A stretch of DNA of 46,416 bases from Promethearchaeota archaeon (lineage in GTDB: Archaea > Asgardarchaeota > Lokiarchaeia > Sigyniarchaeales > SOKP01): positions 1-46,416 of the forward strand of contig JAEOTZ010000077.1 of the NCBI GenBank assembly GCA_016839585.1, read 5' to 3'. The position numbers and the translations under genes are program-made. The notes beneath the pieces are model-generated. The model worked only from the letters and a program-made list of their open reading frames with translations, had not been told where the DNA came from and searched no databases. Positions 8,464 through 17,101 of this stretch are shown here, piece by piece. The stretch's first letter is position 1. Each line of letters starts with the position of its first letter.

Positions 8464-8734
8464 ATCCATAATACTTCTGGTTTTTTGAGAAAATTAACAT
8501 CGTAATTATTTTGGAAAAAAAAGGGTAAAAAGAAAATAAGAGATCATTTATCAAACGTCATTCATTAAACTTTATTTGCTTGTGTTTAATCCTTGTGTTA
8601 AATACTTGTGTTTAATGCTTCTGTTTAATGGTTGTCAAAAACTCCTTATTAAAGCAAAGAAAAAGGAAAAAAATTATTTTATAATTCGTTTCCTTGGTAG
8701 ACTGAATTTGTAGTTTTTCAGCATTTCTCTGAAA
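8464..8734. repeat. Diverged direct repeat, copy 2 (non-coding tail plus LAGLIDADG 3' end)
   Basis: Homologous to 6270-6470. Minus strand 8733-8674 encodes FREMLKNYKFSLPRKRIIK*, against FNEMLDNYQFSLPRKRNYL* in copy 1. Confidence 0.85.
8579..8630. repeat. 4 x 13-bp tandem repeat
   Basis: CTTGTGTTTAATC / CTTGTGTTAAATA / CTTGTGTTTAATG / CTTCTGTTTAATG. Confidence 0.9.
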
Positions 8735-8790
8735 TTACAGGTCTTGAAAATCTAGTAAATCTACAAGAATTAGATTTACGATATAACAAG
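8728..8790 (+). pseudogene. Isolated leucine-rich-repeat fragment
   Basis: SEITGLENLVNLQELDLRYNK is one SDS22-type LRR unit, similar to repeats in 17661-18647. Confidence 0.75.
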
Positions 8791-8796
8791 AAGACC

Positions 8797-8997
8797 TTAT
8801 GTAAAAAACATAGGAAGCGTTGTGACAAGGAGCATAACACTAATGAGTGTAACAATTATAATAATGCCAATTTTGCAGTTATTCTTCCCCTCTTTAATTA
8901 CATTCTCTACTTTTAAAGGTTGTATTTGTCTTCCACAGCTAAGACAAATTACCTGTTCTTTGTTAATTGGTTTGCCACAATATGGACAGTAAATCAT
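8797..8997 (-). CDS. Small zinc-ribbon plus TM protein
   Basis: CPYCG...CLSCG followed by a hydrophobic C-terminus. Confidence 0.75.
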   Translation of the reverse strand: MIYCPYCGKPINKEQVICLSCGRQIQPLKVENVIKEGKNNCKIGIIIIVTLISVMLLVTTLPMFFT

Positions 8998-9049
8998 AGG
9001 TGTTAATAATTAGAATGACTTTTTAAAATTTATTCAATTATTTTTGGAA

Positions 9050-9166
9050 CTAATTACTAGTTATGTCTGAGAAAAATTTAGGTAGAAAATACTCTTCATC
9101 GATTTTGGCTCCCTCTCCAGTGATTTCATAATATATCTCAATATCTTTAACCTTCTCTTTTGGCAT
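9050..9166 (-). pseudogene. Alpha/beta-hydrolase N-terminal fragment
   Basis: MPKEKVKDIEIYYEITGEG is a typical alpha/beta-hydrolase start; unrelated sequence follows and the frame stops after 38 aa. Confidence 0.7.
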
Positions 9167-9223
9167 GGTACCACTACTCAATAACTATTTAGTTAATATT
9201 GATACAATGTTAGAATTTTTAAA

Positions 9224-9242
9224 ATGTTCGAAAAGTGCACCT
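9224..9242 (+). repeat. 19-bp junction/promoter motif ATGTTCGAAAAGTGCACCT, copy 1
   Basis: Exact match to 10475 and 12724; TTTATAA begins 6 nt downstream. Confidence 0.95.
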
Positions 9243-9303
9243 CAAATCTTTATAATTATGTAGGCAAAAACTTAATTAAACATTCAAAGATAATTGATGA
9301 AAA

Positions 9304-10398
9304 ATGAATTCAAAGAAACTTCTATCAAAGAAATTTCTCTTTATTATTATAGTATTTTTTATGTTTTTATCAAACGGTAATAAAGTATATGCTGATTTAA
9401 ATATAAATCCACAAAAGATCGGGCAATTCGACACTTTAAATGCCTGGGATGTTGTTGTAATCGATGATATAGCATATATCGGGGGAACTGAAGAAGGGTT
9501 GCAAATTATTGATGTTTCTGACCCTCGCAATCCAACCGAGTTGGGGCACCTTGACCTCGGAGTAACTCACAGTATCGACGTTCTTAATGGGGTTGCTTAT
9601 TTAGCGAATTATTTTAGTGGATTACAAATAGTCAATGTATCAAATCCATTAAGTCCTATTAAGATAAGTGATTTCTACGATGGAGGACATGTTTCTGATG
9701 TTTTCACTGTTGGAGATCTTGTTTATTTAGTGAGTCTAGAAAATGGACTTGAAATTATTAACTGCAGCGATATTAGACATCCAACTAAAATTGGTGAATA
9801 CAACGATGGTGGATCACCTAACGGGGTTTTTATTAAAGGAGACTTAGCTTATATAGCAGAATACCATGCAGGTCTTGAAATAGTCAACATCTCAGATCCA
9901 TTTAATCCTTTCGAAATCGGTGGATGTTTTAATGGGGAAGGTGCTTACAGTGTTAAGGTTATAGATAATATTGCTTACTTATGTTATAGTTCAAACGGTT
10001 TAGAGATCTTGAATGTTAGTAATCCTAACCTTCCGACTACTTTAGGATCATTCAACAACGGAGGTATTGTATACTTTGCTTTCATTTTAGATGATATGGC
10101 TTTTCTATCAGATGATAATGATGGGCTTGAAATCGTTAATATAAGTGATCCCACTAATCCTTGGAAGATAAGTGGATTTAATGACGGAGGGCACACGAGA
10201 AATTTATTTGTTGATAATAATTTAGTATTTTTAACTGATTTAGATGACGGTCTGGAGATCCTTGAACTCTCAAATGTACCGACAATTCAAAATTTTGTTC
10301 CAACGGAAATTGTAATCACTATTGTTATCCTATGTTCAATTCTCGTCATTACTGGAGGTTATTTTATGTACAGACACCTAAAAAAGAAAAACTTTTAA
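9304..10398 (+). CDS. LVIVD-repeat beta-propeller surface protein
   Basis: Signal peptide, seven AY.....GL.I.(D/N).S.P..P-type repeats, C-terminal TM and basic tail. Confidence 0.9.
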   Translation: MNSKKLLSKKFLFIIIVFFMFLSNGNKVYADLNINPQKIGQFDTLNAWDVVVIDDIAYIGGTEEGLQIIDVSDPRNPTELGHLDLGVTHSIDVLNGVAYLANYFSGLQIVNVSNPLSPIKISDFYDGGHVSDVFTVGDLVYLVSLENGLEIINCSDIRHPTKIGEYNDGGSPNGVFIKGDLAYIAEYHAGLEIVNISDPFNPFEIGGCFNGEGAYSVKVIDNIAYLCYSSNGLEILNVSNPNLPTTLGSFNNGGIVYFAFILDDMAFLSDDNDGLEIVNISDPTNPWKISGFNDGGHTRNLFVDNNLVFLTDLDDGLEILELSNVPTIQNFVPTEIVITIVILCSILVITGGYFMYRHLKKKNF

Positions 10399-10474
10399 TA
10401 AAGAAGAAAGTACATAAAATTAGAGGAAAATAATCCTTTACAATTATTTCAGATGAATCTTGAAAATTATTAAA

Positions 10475-10493
10475 ATGTTCGAAAAGTGCACCT
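10475..10493 (+). repeat. 19-bp junction/promoter motif, copy 2
   Basis: Exact match; also shares the upstream TTAAA with copy 1. TTTATAAA begins 5 nt downstream. Confidence 0.95.
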
Positions 10494-10549
10494 AAACCTT
10501 TATAAATAGTATGAAAATAGAAAAGATAAAGGTTAGAAAGATTAATTAG

Positions 10550-12106
10550 ATGAAAGTGATCATTACTAAAATATGCTCTCGAATCGTCAACACCATAATC
10601 CTGATTTTTTTGCTTGTAGGGACATCTACTTCAAGTAGTATGTTTATCGGAAATGAACATCTTTTTAATTATCAATTTAACCAACAACTTAAAGAGAGTA
10701 GTTTACAAAAAGACTCTGGAAAATATGATATCTTACAGCAATCTAATCTTCCCCGAAAAAATTACTTTTATCCTCCTTCTAACAATAACCAGAACTTATC
10801 TCAGAATAAAAATTTTAATGAAATAGGAGATCAACGAGCTTTCTGGGTCTGGGACTTCAATACTTGTTCATATTTTAAAATGAATGCAACATTGGTTTCA
10901 ATAGGAGAAAATTGTTACATTTATATGGAAGATTATTGTATAGCAGAATTAGGAGAGCAAGCTGCAGCTATAAAAGGGGAAAATATTTGCACTGAATTCG
11001 ACTATACAATTTATCCTCAAATTATTGATTTAGCTGGACATCCTAATGGAACATTGGGAGATATAGATGGAGATCCAAGAATCATAATTCTGCTTTCTCA
11101 TAATCCTATTAGTTATTACGATCAGAGAAATGAACTCCAATTAGAATATTCTAACCAGTGTGAGATGTTCCATATTTATTATAAAACATGGATACCTACC
11201 ATTGCACATGAGTTTCATCATCTCATTTGGTTTAACAATGAAATGGATGAACCTCACTTCACTCTTGAAGCTTTAGCGGAATATGCCATGTATCATGCTG
11301 GTTATTTAGCTCCATATAACAACTTAAACCCTCAGTCAGGTCTCTTTCTTGACCATCCTGAAGATTCTCTTCTGTATTGGAATATGTTAAATTCTATTGA
11401 TTATGGAGGTGCCTATTTGTTTGCATTCTACATCGCTGAGCATTATGGTGTTGATATTCTTCGAAATCTGATAACAGAAACTGCGGATGGAGCCTATGGA
11501 ATTGAAAATGTTTTACAAAGAGCAGGCAATAATATTACATTCAATGAACTATATTTGAATTGGATTACAGCATTGACTTTAGACAAGTTGGGATTTAAAA
11601 ACAACCTCTATGGTTTTGAAAATCTAGACGCTCGTGTTACCAAATACTCTCTTATTAGGGAATCCTCGCTTAGTGATGAAGTAAAGCTTTACTATTATGG
11701 CTTTCATGTTCATAAATTACAGTCTCCTTCTAATGAATGTACAGTTGAGATTCGAAAAGACATAGATAAAACAATAGGCTTATCTATTGTTTTTCATGAT
11801 GCTTTAGGATGGCATGTATATCAAAACCTACATAATAGGGGGATTAAATTAATTACTGAAGATATTTCTGGTTCTGAAATTGATGAAATGTACATTATTT
11901 CCAGTTATATATTCGACCAAACGCCACCTCCTCCGCCTGAAAATGGGCTTGGACCATTTACCTACATTAAGATTATCATTGACACTATAACCGAAGGCTC
12001 ACTTATCCCTTTTTTAACAATTAGTGGAAGCTTCACTTTAATACTATTTGTAATTATGATTATTATCATCAATAAAAAGTATAAATTAAAAAAACAAAAT
12101 AATTAG
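10550..12106 (+). CDS. Membrane-anchored zinc metallopeptidase (M30/hyicolysin-like)
   Basis: GDIDGDPRIIILL, AHEFHH (HEXXH), LEALAEY and DYGGAYLF motifs; signal peptide and C-terminal TM. Confidence 0.85.
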   Translation: MKVIITKICSRIVNTIILIFLLVGTSTSSSMFIGNEHLFNYQFNQQLKESSLQKDSGKYDILQQSNLPRKNYFYPPSNNNQNLSQNKNFNEIGDQRAFWVWDFNTCSYFKMNATLVSIGENCYIYMEDYCIAELGEQAAAIKGENICTEFDYTIYPQIIDLAGHPNGTLGDIDGDPRIIILLSHNPISYYDQRNELQLEYSNQCEMFHIYYKTWIPTIAHEFHHLIWFNNEMDEPHFTLEALAEYAMYHAGYLAPYNNLNPQSGLFLDHPEDSLLYWNMLNSIDYGGAYLFAFYIAEHYGVDILRNLITETADGAYGIENVLQRAGNNITFNELYLNWITALTLDKLGFKNNLYGFENLDARVTKYSLIRESSLSDEVKLYYYGFHVHKLQSPSNECTVEIRKDIDKTIGLSIVFHDALGWHVYQNLHNRGIKLITEDISGSEIDEMYIISSYIFDQTPPPPPENGLGPFTYIKIIIDTITEGSLIPFLTISGSFTLILFVIMIIIINKKYKLKKQNN

Positions 12107-12355
12107 CTATAAATTTGAAAATTTAATAATAATAATAACCGTTTATAGGTGCTGGCTTAGAGATTGTCGGATTTATATTAATGAAGAAAGATTTGAGAGT
12201 TTCATAAACCTGCTATTATTTTCTGCTTTTATAATATTTCTTTGGGTTCCTTCTATAACTTTTAGTTGAATTGTTTAAAAAATGAACTTTGTATGAATTT
12301 CGAGATAGAATAAATAGGATTTAATTAAACCACTTACTAGAATAATAAGAGAATA

Positions 12356-12715
12356 ATGGTTGAATTCTGTCCTGAATGTGGAAATATGTTAAGGAAAAAT
12401 CCCTGTCCATGTGGATATAGTGATCATGAGACACACATTAAATCTGACACCTTGCTCCAAATTTGGGCTCCTCCTTCACCCAATATCATATATTGTAGAA
12501 TAACTGCCACACCATATGATAAACTAAAATTAATGTTAAATAAAGGGATCTATCTCGAAAAATTAAAAGAAATTAAATACAAAATAAAAAATCGTCTTTA
12601 TTCTTGTATTGACTGCGTTTATTATCATGAGGAAATATTTCATTGTAAATTAAAAAATAAGTATTTAAGAAAAGATTCCATATGTAAGAGCTTTGAACCT
12701 TATGAAAAAATATAA
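12356..12715 (+). CDS. Cys-rich zinc-binding protein
   Basis: FCPECGNML..PCPCG N-terminus (RpoM/TFS-like ribbon) and CIDC...HC...C C-terminus. Confidence 0.75.
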   Translation: MVEFCPECGNMLRKNPCPCGYSDHETHIKSDTLLQIWAPPSPNIIYCRITATPYDKLKLMLNKGIYLEKLKEIKYKIKNRLYSCIDCVYYHEEIFHCKLKNKYLRKDSICKSFEPYEKI

Positions 12716-12723
12716 TGGTTTTT

Positions 12724-12742
12724 ATGTTCGAAAAGTGCACCT
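12724..12742 (+). repeat. 19-bp junction/promoter motif, copy 3
   Basis: Exact match; 8 nt after the stop at 12715. TTTAAAA begins 6 nt downstream. Confidence 0.95.
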
Positions 12743-12829
12743 TAAAGCTTTAAAAGCTCTGTTTCTTCTAAACAATTAGAAATAATTAACTACAATTCAT
12801 AATGAAATAAAAAATGAGAATGAAAAAAA

Positions 12830-13423
12830 ATGATTGAAAAGTTTAAATCCACTATTAAAAACTCTATAATCACTATTTCATCTTTATTAATTCCAGTTTT
12901 TCAATATATACCATGTGCTTCTATATGGTTTGGAGTTATGAGCATTCCTTTAATTACATATTTTAGTTATTTTTTAAGTAATCCTCAAATTGCGATGCAT
13001 GATTTTGAATTCTTTTTATCTTATGGCTTTCCATGGAGTGTTATGGCACTGTTCGGAGCTTTATTTTTTATTTATTCAATCGTATATCAATTAATTCATC
13101 GAAAAGAACTAATAAGAAAGGGACCTTACAAGTACGTAAGACATCCACAATACTTAGGAATAATCATAATGACTCTCGGGCTTACGATGATTTCTCTCAA
13201 TACATCTCCCATTTTCCCATTTGATAATGAATTCTCTTATGGAAATTCTCTCCTAGTATTCATTTGGTTTATGGAAGTAATTGCTTATATCATTTTAGCT
13301 AAAATAGAAGATTATTCATTGACAAAAAAGTATGGGAAGAGTTTTATTGAATACGAGAACTCTGTTGGTTTTATAATCCCAATTTTAACTATTAAACAAT
13401 TTAAGATTAGTGAATCAAATTGA
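12830..13423 (+). CDS. Isoprenylcysteine carboxyl methyltransferase / PEMT family membrane protein
   Basis: LIRKGPYKYVRHPQYLG and ED..L..KYG..F.EY motifs. Confidence 0.88.
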   Translation: MIEKFKSTIKNSIITISSLLIPVFQYIPCASIWFGVMSIPLITYFSYFLSNPQIAMHDFEFFLSYGFPWSVMALFGALFFIYSIVYQLIHRKELIRKGPYKYVRHPQYLGIIIMTLGLTMISLNTSPIFPFDNEFSYGNSLLVFIWFMEVIAYIILAKIEDYSLTKKYGKSFIEYENSVGFIIPILTIKQFKISESN

Positions 13424-13470
13424 ATAGGAAACTTTTAAAATTATATATAATCAATTTCTTTTTATTTAAT

Positions 13471-14202
13471 ATGAGTTTTTTAAAAAAAGAAATAAGGAAA
13501 TACAAAAGATTATTTTATATCAAATTAGGTATTATCATTACTCTTATTTGTATTTCATTAATTTCTATATTTCCGCTATTACCTCCCGATGAAGAGTTTT
13601 TTGCTCCTAAAAATTACACATTTAATTGGTTTTTAATAGGTTTATTAGCATTTTTAACACTCATTTTTTCATCATTTTTCATCTTATTAACTGTTAATCA
13701 GTACAAAGACTATTTTAGGAGAAAGACTATAATAACTGGAGGACGTGATTATTTATCTTTCGAAGATATTTTTGAAAATGAGAATCGGAAAAATATAATT
13801 AATAAAATTTTGCAAGAACCCGGAATTCATAATAATGAACTCCTAAGACAATGTAATTTGCAAAAAGGACAGTTACAATGGCATCTATATGTACTATTAA
13901 AATATGGAATAATTAAAAGAGAGAAATTAGGGCAATATATTTCTTTTTTCCCTGTTTTATTCAAAATAGAAGTGAAAAAAATACCATTAAAATTGATAAA
14001 AAAGTCAAAAACTAGTCTAAAAATTTTGAATTTAATTGAAGAGAATCCTGGCATTAATTCAGCGATGATATCCAGGAAATTAAATATGAGAAGAAGTTCG
14101 GTGAAATATCATGTTGATAAGCTGGCTAAACTTGATTTTATAATACTTGAAAAATATAATCGTGAAATTAAACTATATGTAAGTCAAAAAGATTATGAAT
14201 AA
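13471..14202 (+). CDS. Membrane-anchored double winged-HTH regulator
   Basis: Two TM segments, then NRKNIINKILQEPGIH...LQWHL and ILNLIEENPGI...VKYHVDKL. ATG 13471 is preferred to TTG 13420 because a TATA-like element precedes it. Confidence 0.8.
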   Translation: MSFLKKEIRKYKRLFYIKLGIIITLICISLISIFPLLPPDEEFFAPKNYTFNWFLIGLLAFLTLIFSSFFILLTVNQYKDYFRRKTIITGGRDYLSFEDIFENENRKNIINKILQEPGIHNNELLRQCNLQKGQLQWHLYVLLKYGIIKREKLGQYISFFPVLFKIEVKKIPLKLIKKSKTSLKILNLIEENPGINSAMISRKLNMRRSSVKYHVDKLAKLDFIILEKYNREIKLYVSQKDYE

Positions 14203-14206
14203 ATAA

Positions 14207-15085
14207 TTAACCTAGTGGTTTTGGGAATCTATTTTTCATTGCCATTTCCTTTTGAATAATTTCATCTAATAATTCTTCACGTTCTTTACCAGACAGCACT
14301 TCTAATTGTCTAATATTTAATGGATCGACTTTTTCTCTTAACAATCTGATTTCTTTTACTGTTGGAGGTTCAGTTTCCTTTAAATTTTTAGTAAATAGTA
14401 ACTCAAAGTCAGTGGATTCTTTCAATTCTTCAATTTCAATACCCGGATGAATAGAGTCTACTCTCATCCTTTTACTTTTTTCTTCGAAATCTAAATAAGC
14501 TAAATTAGTTATTACACATTGAGGACCAGAACCTCCACATATGGAAGCTTTTCCGTTTGGAAACCCAACTCCTGATATAAAGTCGAGTTTTTCAGTTGGG
14601 ATGAATGTTCTTTTATCATGACGAGGAGTATAAAGGAAAGAACCACGAGAATAGAACATACTAAAATCAAGTATACCTGCCGCCCCAGGAAGTCTAATCT
14701 TAGGTCTATTCCAATCCCCAATACATATATTGTTTGTATTTCCATATTGGTCAATTTGAGCAGGCCTAAAGAATTCTATTGTGGTAAGTTTATCAGAAGG
14801 AAGTGATTCCAAGGTACATTCCACACTATTTTGAAATCGATATGCTCTTGCTGTATTCATTTCATGATAAAGCAAACTCACTTGCCGAGGTTCTAGGACA
14901 AATGTATTTCCCATAATGTAATGATATATTGCATCTGGTGCATGAGTTACTTTTGCTAAAGTGAAAGCGACCCATACCATAGGAGTCGCTACACCAACGA
15001 TCATTACATCATCGTTTCTAACTTCCCTTGCCATTAAAACAGTCATCATCTCATCTATAGTATAATCCTTCGAATGTTCTTTCAT
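14207..15085 (-). CDS. Acyl-CoA transferase beta subunit (glutaconate CoA-transferase B-like)
   Basis: AQIDQYGNTN, RLPGAAG, VITNLA.LDF and SIHPG motifs. Confidence 0.9.
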   Translation of the reverse strand: MKEHSKDYTIDEMMTVLMAREVRNDDVMIVGVATPMVWVAFTLAKVTHAPDAIYHYIMGNTFVLEPRQVSLLYHEMNTARAYRFQNSVECTLESLPSDKLTTIEFFRPAQIDQYGNTNNICIGDWNRPKIRLPGAAGILDFSMFYSRGSFLYTPRHDKRTFIPTEKLDFISGVGFPNGKASICGGSGPQCVITNLAYLDFEEKSKRMRVDSIHPGIEIEELKESTDFELLFTKNLKETEPPTVKEIRLLREKVDPLNIRQLEVLSGKEREELLDEIIQKEMAMKNRFPKPLG

Positions 15086-15107
15086 TTTTTTATCCCTCTT
15101 TTATTAT

Positions 15108-15899
15108 TTAAAGATTTTTTTCAATCCAATCTTTAATAGCCACTTTAACTGATCGGCGCATTTCCTTAGAATAATCCGCTGCCAATTTAGCAATATAAAA
15201 TTTTTGCCCCAAATTTTTGGCGTGGTTTACATCATACTTTCTATCTACATTTTGAAACATTTCAGTAAAATCTTGCTTATTTAGTCTATTATACTTGTTA
15301 ATAAAATGGATATATTTTTGAGGAAACCTTGGTGTAAGAGGTATATTTTCTTTTTCACCTTTTGGATATCCAAAACAGACCATTATTATAGGAAAGACCC
15401 ATCGAGAAAGATTGAACATTTTACGATGAATTTCAATATTTTCCATAATATCACCAATATAGCATGAGCCAATTCCTAAAGCTTCAGCTGTGATAACAGC
15501 ATTTTGTGCAGCTATTAAGGCATCACAACAGGCAAGTAATAAATCGGATTCCTGTGGAGTTTCAAATTCTACGTCAATCTCATCACATAACTCTTTTGTT
15601 CTACAGATTTTAAAATAATCCCACCAACGTTGCATATCGGCCAAAAAAACCAAAATTAAGGGTGATTTTGCGATATGGGGCTGATTATCACATGTTATTG
15701 CTAATTTTTCTTTCATCTTTTGGTCAGTTACTTGGATAATGGAATAGAACATCATGTTACCTGCTGTAGGAGCTCTCATTGCTCCATGTATAATAGTATT
15801 AATTTCTTCTTGAGTAAGTGGTTTAGAATTATATGCACGAATAGTTCTTCTATTATTAATTAATTCTAAAGTTTGATTATTTTGAATAATTCTATTCAA
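15108..15899 (-). CDS. Nitroreductase / flavin reductase family protein
   Basis: RRTIRAY, APTAGN, DALIAAQN..ITAEALGIGSCYIG and FGYP motifs. Confidence 0.92.
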   Translation of the reverse strand: MNRIIQNNQTLELINNRRTIRAYNSKPLTQEEINTIIHGAMRAPTAGNMMFYSIIQVTDQKMKEKLAITCDNQPHIAKSPLILVFLADMQRWWDYFKICRTKELCDEIDVEFETPQESDLLLACCDALIAAQNAVITAEALGIGSCYIGDIMENIEIHRKMFNLSRWVFPIIMVCFGYPKGEKENIPLTPRFPQKYIHFINKYNRLNKQDFTEMFQNVDRKYDVNHAKNLGQKFYIAKLAADYSKEMRRSVKVAIKDWIEKNL

Positions 15900-15926
15900 T
15901 CAAAACACCTCTAAAAATTAAATTTC

Positions 15927-16787
15927 TTATAACAATATATTTAAAATGGTTTGAATCCCACCAGCTTCTTCAAGGTATTGAGCTGGAGTTTTGTTAATAA
16001 TGTATTTTTCCTTATAATCTTCAAAATCAGTTTTAAGATATTCTTGAATATGAAGTGGATCAAATGTATAGAATGGATAACAACTAGTTGGATGGGCACC
16101 AAAGGGTATTTTTACTACTGCATCTGTAGTTTGCATAGGTAATTGTGCTTTACCTGGTAAATATCGGATATCTTCTGTTTCAACTAATTTTTCACAGATA
16201 ATAATTGTATTTTTCGCTGTTTTTGCCATATCTGCATCCATCCATACTGCACCAGCAATATTGGCATTTCCAAATTCATCAGCATAAGGCACATGAATTA
16301 TAGCTACATCTAAATCTATTTTTGGTACAGCCATAACCTGAGTTCCTGAACCAAGTGGATCTTCAATTTGTTTAATATCATCCCTTACTTTTGGCATATC
16401 AGTTCCAATGATACCTTTTAATGGCATGAATGGTACTTTCAAGTAAGATGCTCTCAATCCTAAAGCAATAGTGGCTTCACTTTCCTCAGAAATTTTAATA
16501 ACACCCGATTCAACAGCTCTTCTATAATTCGGGGCCATGCCAAAAATTTCCATTCCAACAAAACAAGATCTAACTTCAGAAACACATCCTCCTGCTATAA
16601 GCATATCAACTTCGATTCCTCCAACAAACGTACAAATCGATAACTTTTTCTTACTCTGCCTAATTATCTCTCTACAAACACTTATTGGTTTTCTCCAAAA
16701 AGAAAGACCACCAAATCCAATTAGATCCTTATCTTGAATGTATGTTGAGATTGCATCTTTTAATGACATCAATTTACTAGATCTCAT
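15927..16787 (-). CDS. Acyl-CoA transferase alpha subunit (glutaconate CoA-transferase A-like)
   Basis: MSLKDAI..YIQD.D.IGFGG, DMLIAGG, DVAIIHV..ADEFGN and PFGAHPTSC motifs. Confidence 0.9.
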   Translation of the reverse strand: MRSSKLMSLKDAISTYIQDKDLIGFGGLSFWRKPISVCREIIRQSKKKLSICTFVGGIEVDMLIAGGCVSEVRSCFVGMEIFGMAPNYRRAVESGVIKISEESEATIALGLRASYLKVPFMPLKGIIGTDMPKVRDDIKQIEDPLGSGTQVMAVPKIDLDVAIIHVPYADEFGNANIAGAVWMDADMAKTAKNTIIICEKLVETEDIRYLPGKAQLPMQTTDAVVKIPFGAHPTSCYPFYTFDPLHIQEYLKTDFEDYKEKYIINKTPAQYLEEAGGIQTILNILL

Positions 16788-17101
16788 GAAAATTCTCTCT
16801 ATTTATCAAAATAGCTGTAATTAGATATAATTATTTATCAAATTAAAATTAATATATTAAATTACAAATTTATCAATGGTAAAAATTCTTCCATATCTAT
16901 ATATGGAAAATAAATAAAATGTTTCTCTTATAGAACCATAAAATTATAGAAAAATATAATAAATATTTAAAAATAGAGCAAATTTATTATTCTTAATTCA
17001 ATTAATTTTAAATAGCGAAATAAACAATTATTGTAAAATTTGTTCCTAATTATCATAATATATCCTTTAAATTTTATTAAAATAAATATCGGGCGAGGAG
17101 T

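Noticed and set aside
8579-12742. CRISPR array from the 13-bp or 19-bp repeats
   Set aside because: The 13-bp units have no spacers, the 19-bp copies are 1.2-2.2 kb apart, and there are no cas genes.
9200-12760. Classical integron attC sites
   Set aside because: I saw no RYYYAAC...GTTRRRY hairpins at the junctions and no intI gene; only the cassette-like layout is shared.
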